Of a stretch of 64,000 bases of DNA, positions 62,470-64,000 are shown piece after piece. The DNA comes from the human T2T-CHM13v2.0 reference genome, Homo sapiens. Each line of letters begins with the position of its first letter. Within the stretch, counting starts at the first letter, position 1. The position numbers were made by a program, and so were the translations under genes. Location of the stretch: assembly GCF_009914755.1 (NCBI RefSeq), contig NC_060925.1, one strand, 5' to 3'. The notes under the pieces are model-generated. The model saw only the letters and a list, made by a program, of their open reading frames with translations, did no database searches and was not told the origin of the DNA.

Positions 62470-64000
62470 TAGAATATCTTAAGAAAACTGTGTGCATATA
62501 ATTTTTTTGCAAAAATAACCAGTGAATTAGAAAATTTTAAAAATTAAGCAGCTTAAATATGGCCTCGAGGATGAAGGCCTTGAGACGGCCTTAGAACCCC
62601 ATGTGGCTTGACCCTTGAAGAAGGTGGACTGTTTTTAGAAAGGAAACTGCTCTCCAGGTGCTAGGCAGAGGCAGACAACAGAAACACAATAGTGTGTCCT
62701 CCCCTCCTAGCAAATGTGCTTTGAGCTATCAGGCCTTCCCTCCCCTACTGTTTCTTAAGATGTGGCTACACCACCATGTGCCCTAAAGCTCTGAAGGAAA
62801 AGGCCAAATCATAAAGGGGATTGCTGGAGTGTTATCTAGCTTGTAAAAGCTTAAAATAGTGTCCATGAGGTTCCTGAACTGATAGTGGTTTAAGAGGCCT
62901 GCCCCCGAGGACTTGGCAGCCAGAGGGCCCGCTTTGTAAAAGCCGTGAGAGTTGCTCTCCTGACGGCAGAGCAAACACCTCACCTTGTGAAAACGACAAG
63001 CCATTTCCGCACAGGGTGTAATCTTTCCCACATCTGTGGTAGCAGCACTTTGGCGGCTCAGCTTCCCAGAGCTGCCAGCTGTGTTCCGAGCCAGACCCAC
63101 GTGCCAGGGCCAGTTTGGGTAGTGATCAGAAAAGAGCAGTCTCCCCGAAGTGAAACGCAAACACACATCCTCTAGCTTGGCGGGGCCCTTTGTGGAAATC
63201 TGTTCTGAGACAGTGCCATTGTTCACTTTCCTGACACTTGCCATGTCCAAGGCAAGGGAGGGGATGTAAGAAGAAGATCCAGACCAAACCCCTCTTGCAC
63301 AACTTGTCATTGGACAAATGAGAGAACTGAGATCCCAGAGAGGTTGGTTGGTTTTTCCCAGGCTACAGTGTTGGAGTTGGGACTAGTCCCCAGGGTGTGC
63401 CTTGTCCCACGGCTATTTTTTGTCATCCTACTCCTCCTGTAAGACATGGTCCCTGTGCACACATGGCTTACAGACATGTAAAAAAAGTGACAGCACAAAG
63501 TATCACATGCCAAGAACCTAACAGTGGTTTCTTCACTGAACAGGCATCCAGGGAAAGGAACAGTCACCAGGGGCCTCATGGAAGGAGAAGGCACGAAGCA
63601 GGGGACAGTGGGAGGCACACACAAGCAGGGTGAAGGCCGGCAGTGGAAGCAAAAGTGTGTGGGGCACTGAGAGAAGGGCATGATTAGTAAGACCGGGACA
63701 GTGGTTGAAAGAGCAGCTTCTGAAGAGAAAGACAGAGAGGTGGAGGAAGGGCAGGAACCAATTGCCAGGCCAATGCTGGAATCTTGACTGTGCATGTAAG
63801 CCAAGTCAGCAGAGGCTCTGGACCCTCTGCTTGGGAAAGATCAGGCAGCCAGTGTGTAGGATTGTTTCTAGGATGCAAAGAGACCCCAATTAAAGCCCAG
63901 TTTTTTAAAAATGTTAATAAAGTGCCAAGGACTTGGACTCAGGAATTGGCAGCAAGTTCGGAAAGGAAAGAGATAGGACATTGAAGAGCTGGTCACCGGC

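Noticed and set aside
62783-63804. Two long minus-strand ORFs (175 and 165 aa)
   Set aside because: No recognisable domain or splice logic; expected by chance in GC-richer sequence.

Overview
This is human (primate) genomic DNA from inside IL12RB2 (interleukin-12 receptor beta-2) on the + strand. Nine coding exons (222-372, 8181-8260, 20427-20646, 37387-37587, 42005-42103, 42194-42352, 49559-49696, 56156-56246, 59577-59676) have GT-AG boundaries and matching phases. They splice into one 1239-nt open frame (413 codons): the WSDWS motif, membrane-proximal FNIII domains, the transmembrane helix and Box1. The start and terminal coding exons lie outside the window. The introns are dense in transposons: more than 45 Alus, old sense-strand L1M relics, a full-length two-LTR THE1D-like MaLR, a MER4-group solo LTR, MLT1, MER58, MER33, MIR and L2. 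Nearly all other ORFs in the track are Alu or low-complexity artefacts. I see no new gene system. The most notable structures are (1) a MER85 piggyBac MITE, the CSB-PGBD3 target family, nested in the THE1D element; (2) a near-perfect 164-bp tandem triplication of an Alu arm; (3) the splice context of the transmembrane exon (AG|GT start, in-frame upstream AGs, flanking inverted Alus); (4) a young AluYb8 inside an AluS inside an L1; and (5) a fold-back palindrome around a (GT)n/(AC)n microsatellite. Repeat subfamily calls and protein numbering come from recalled consensus sequences, not from searches.
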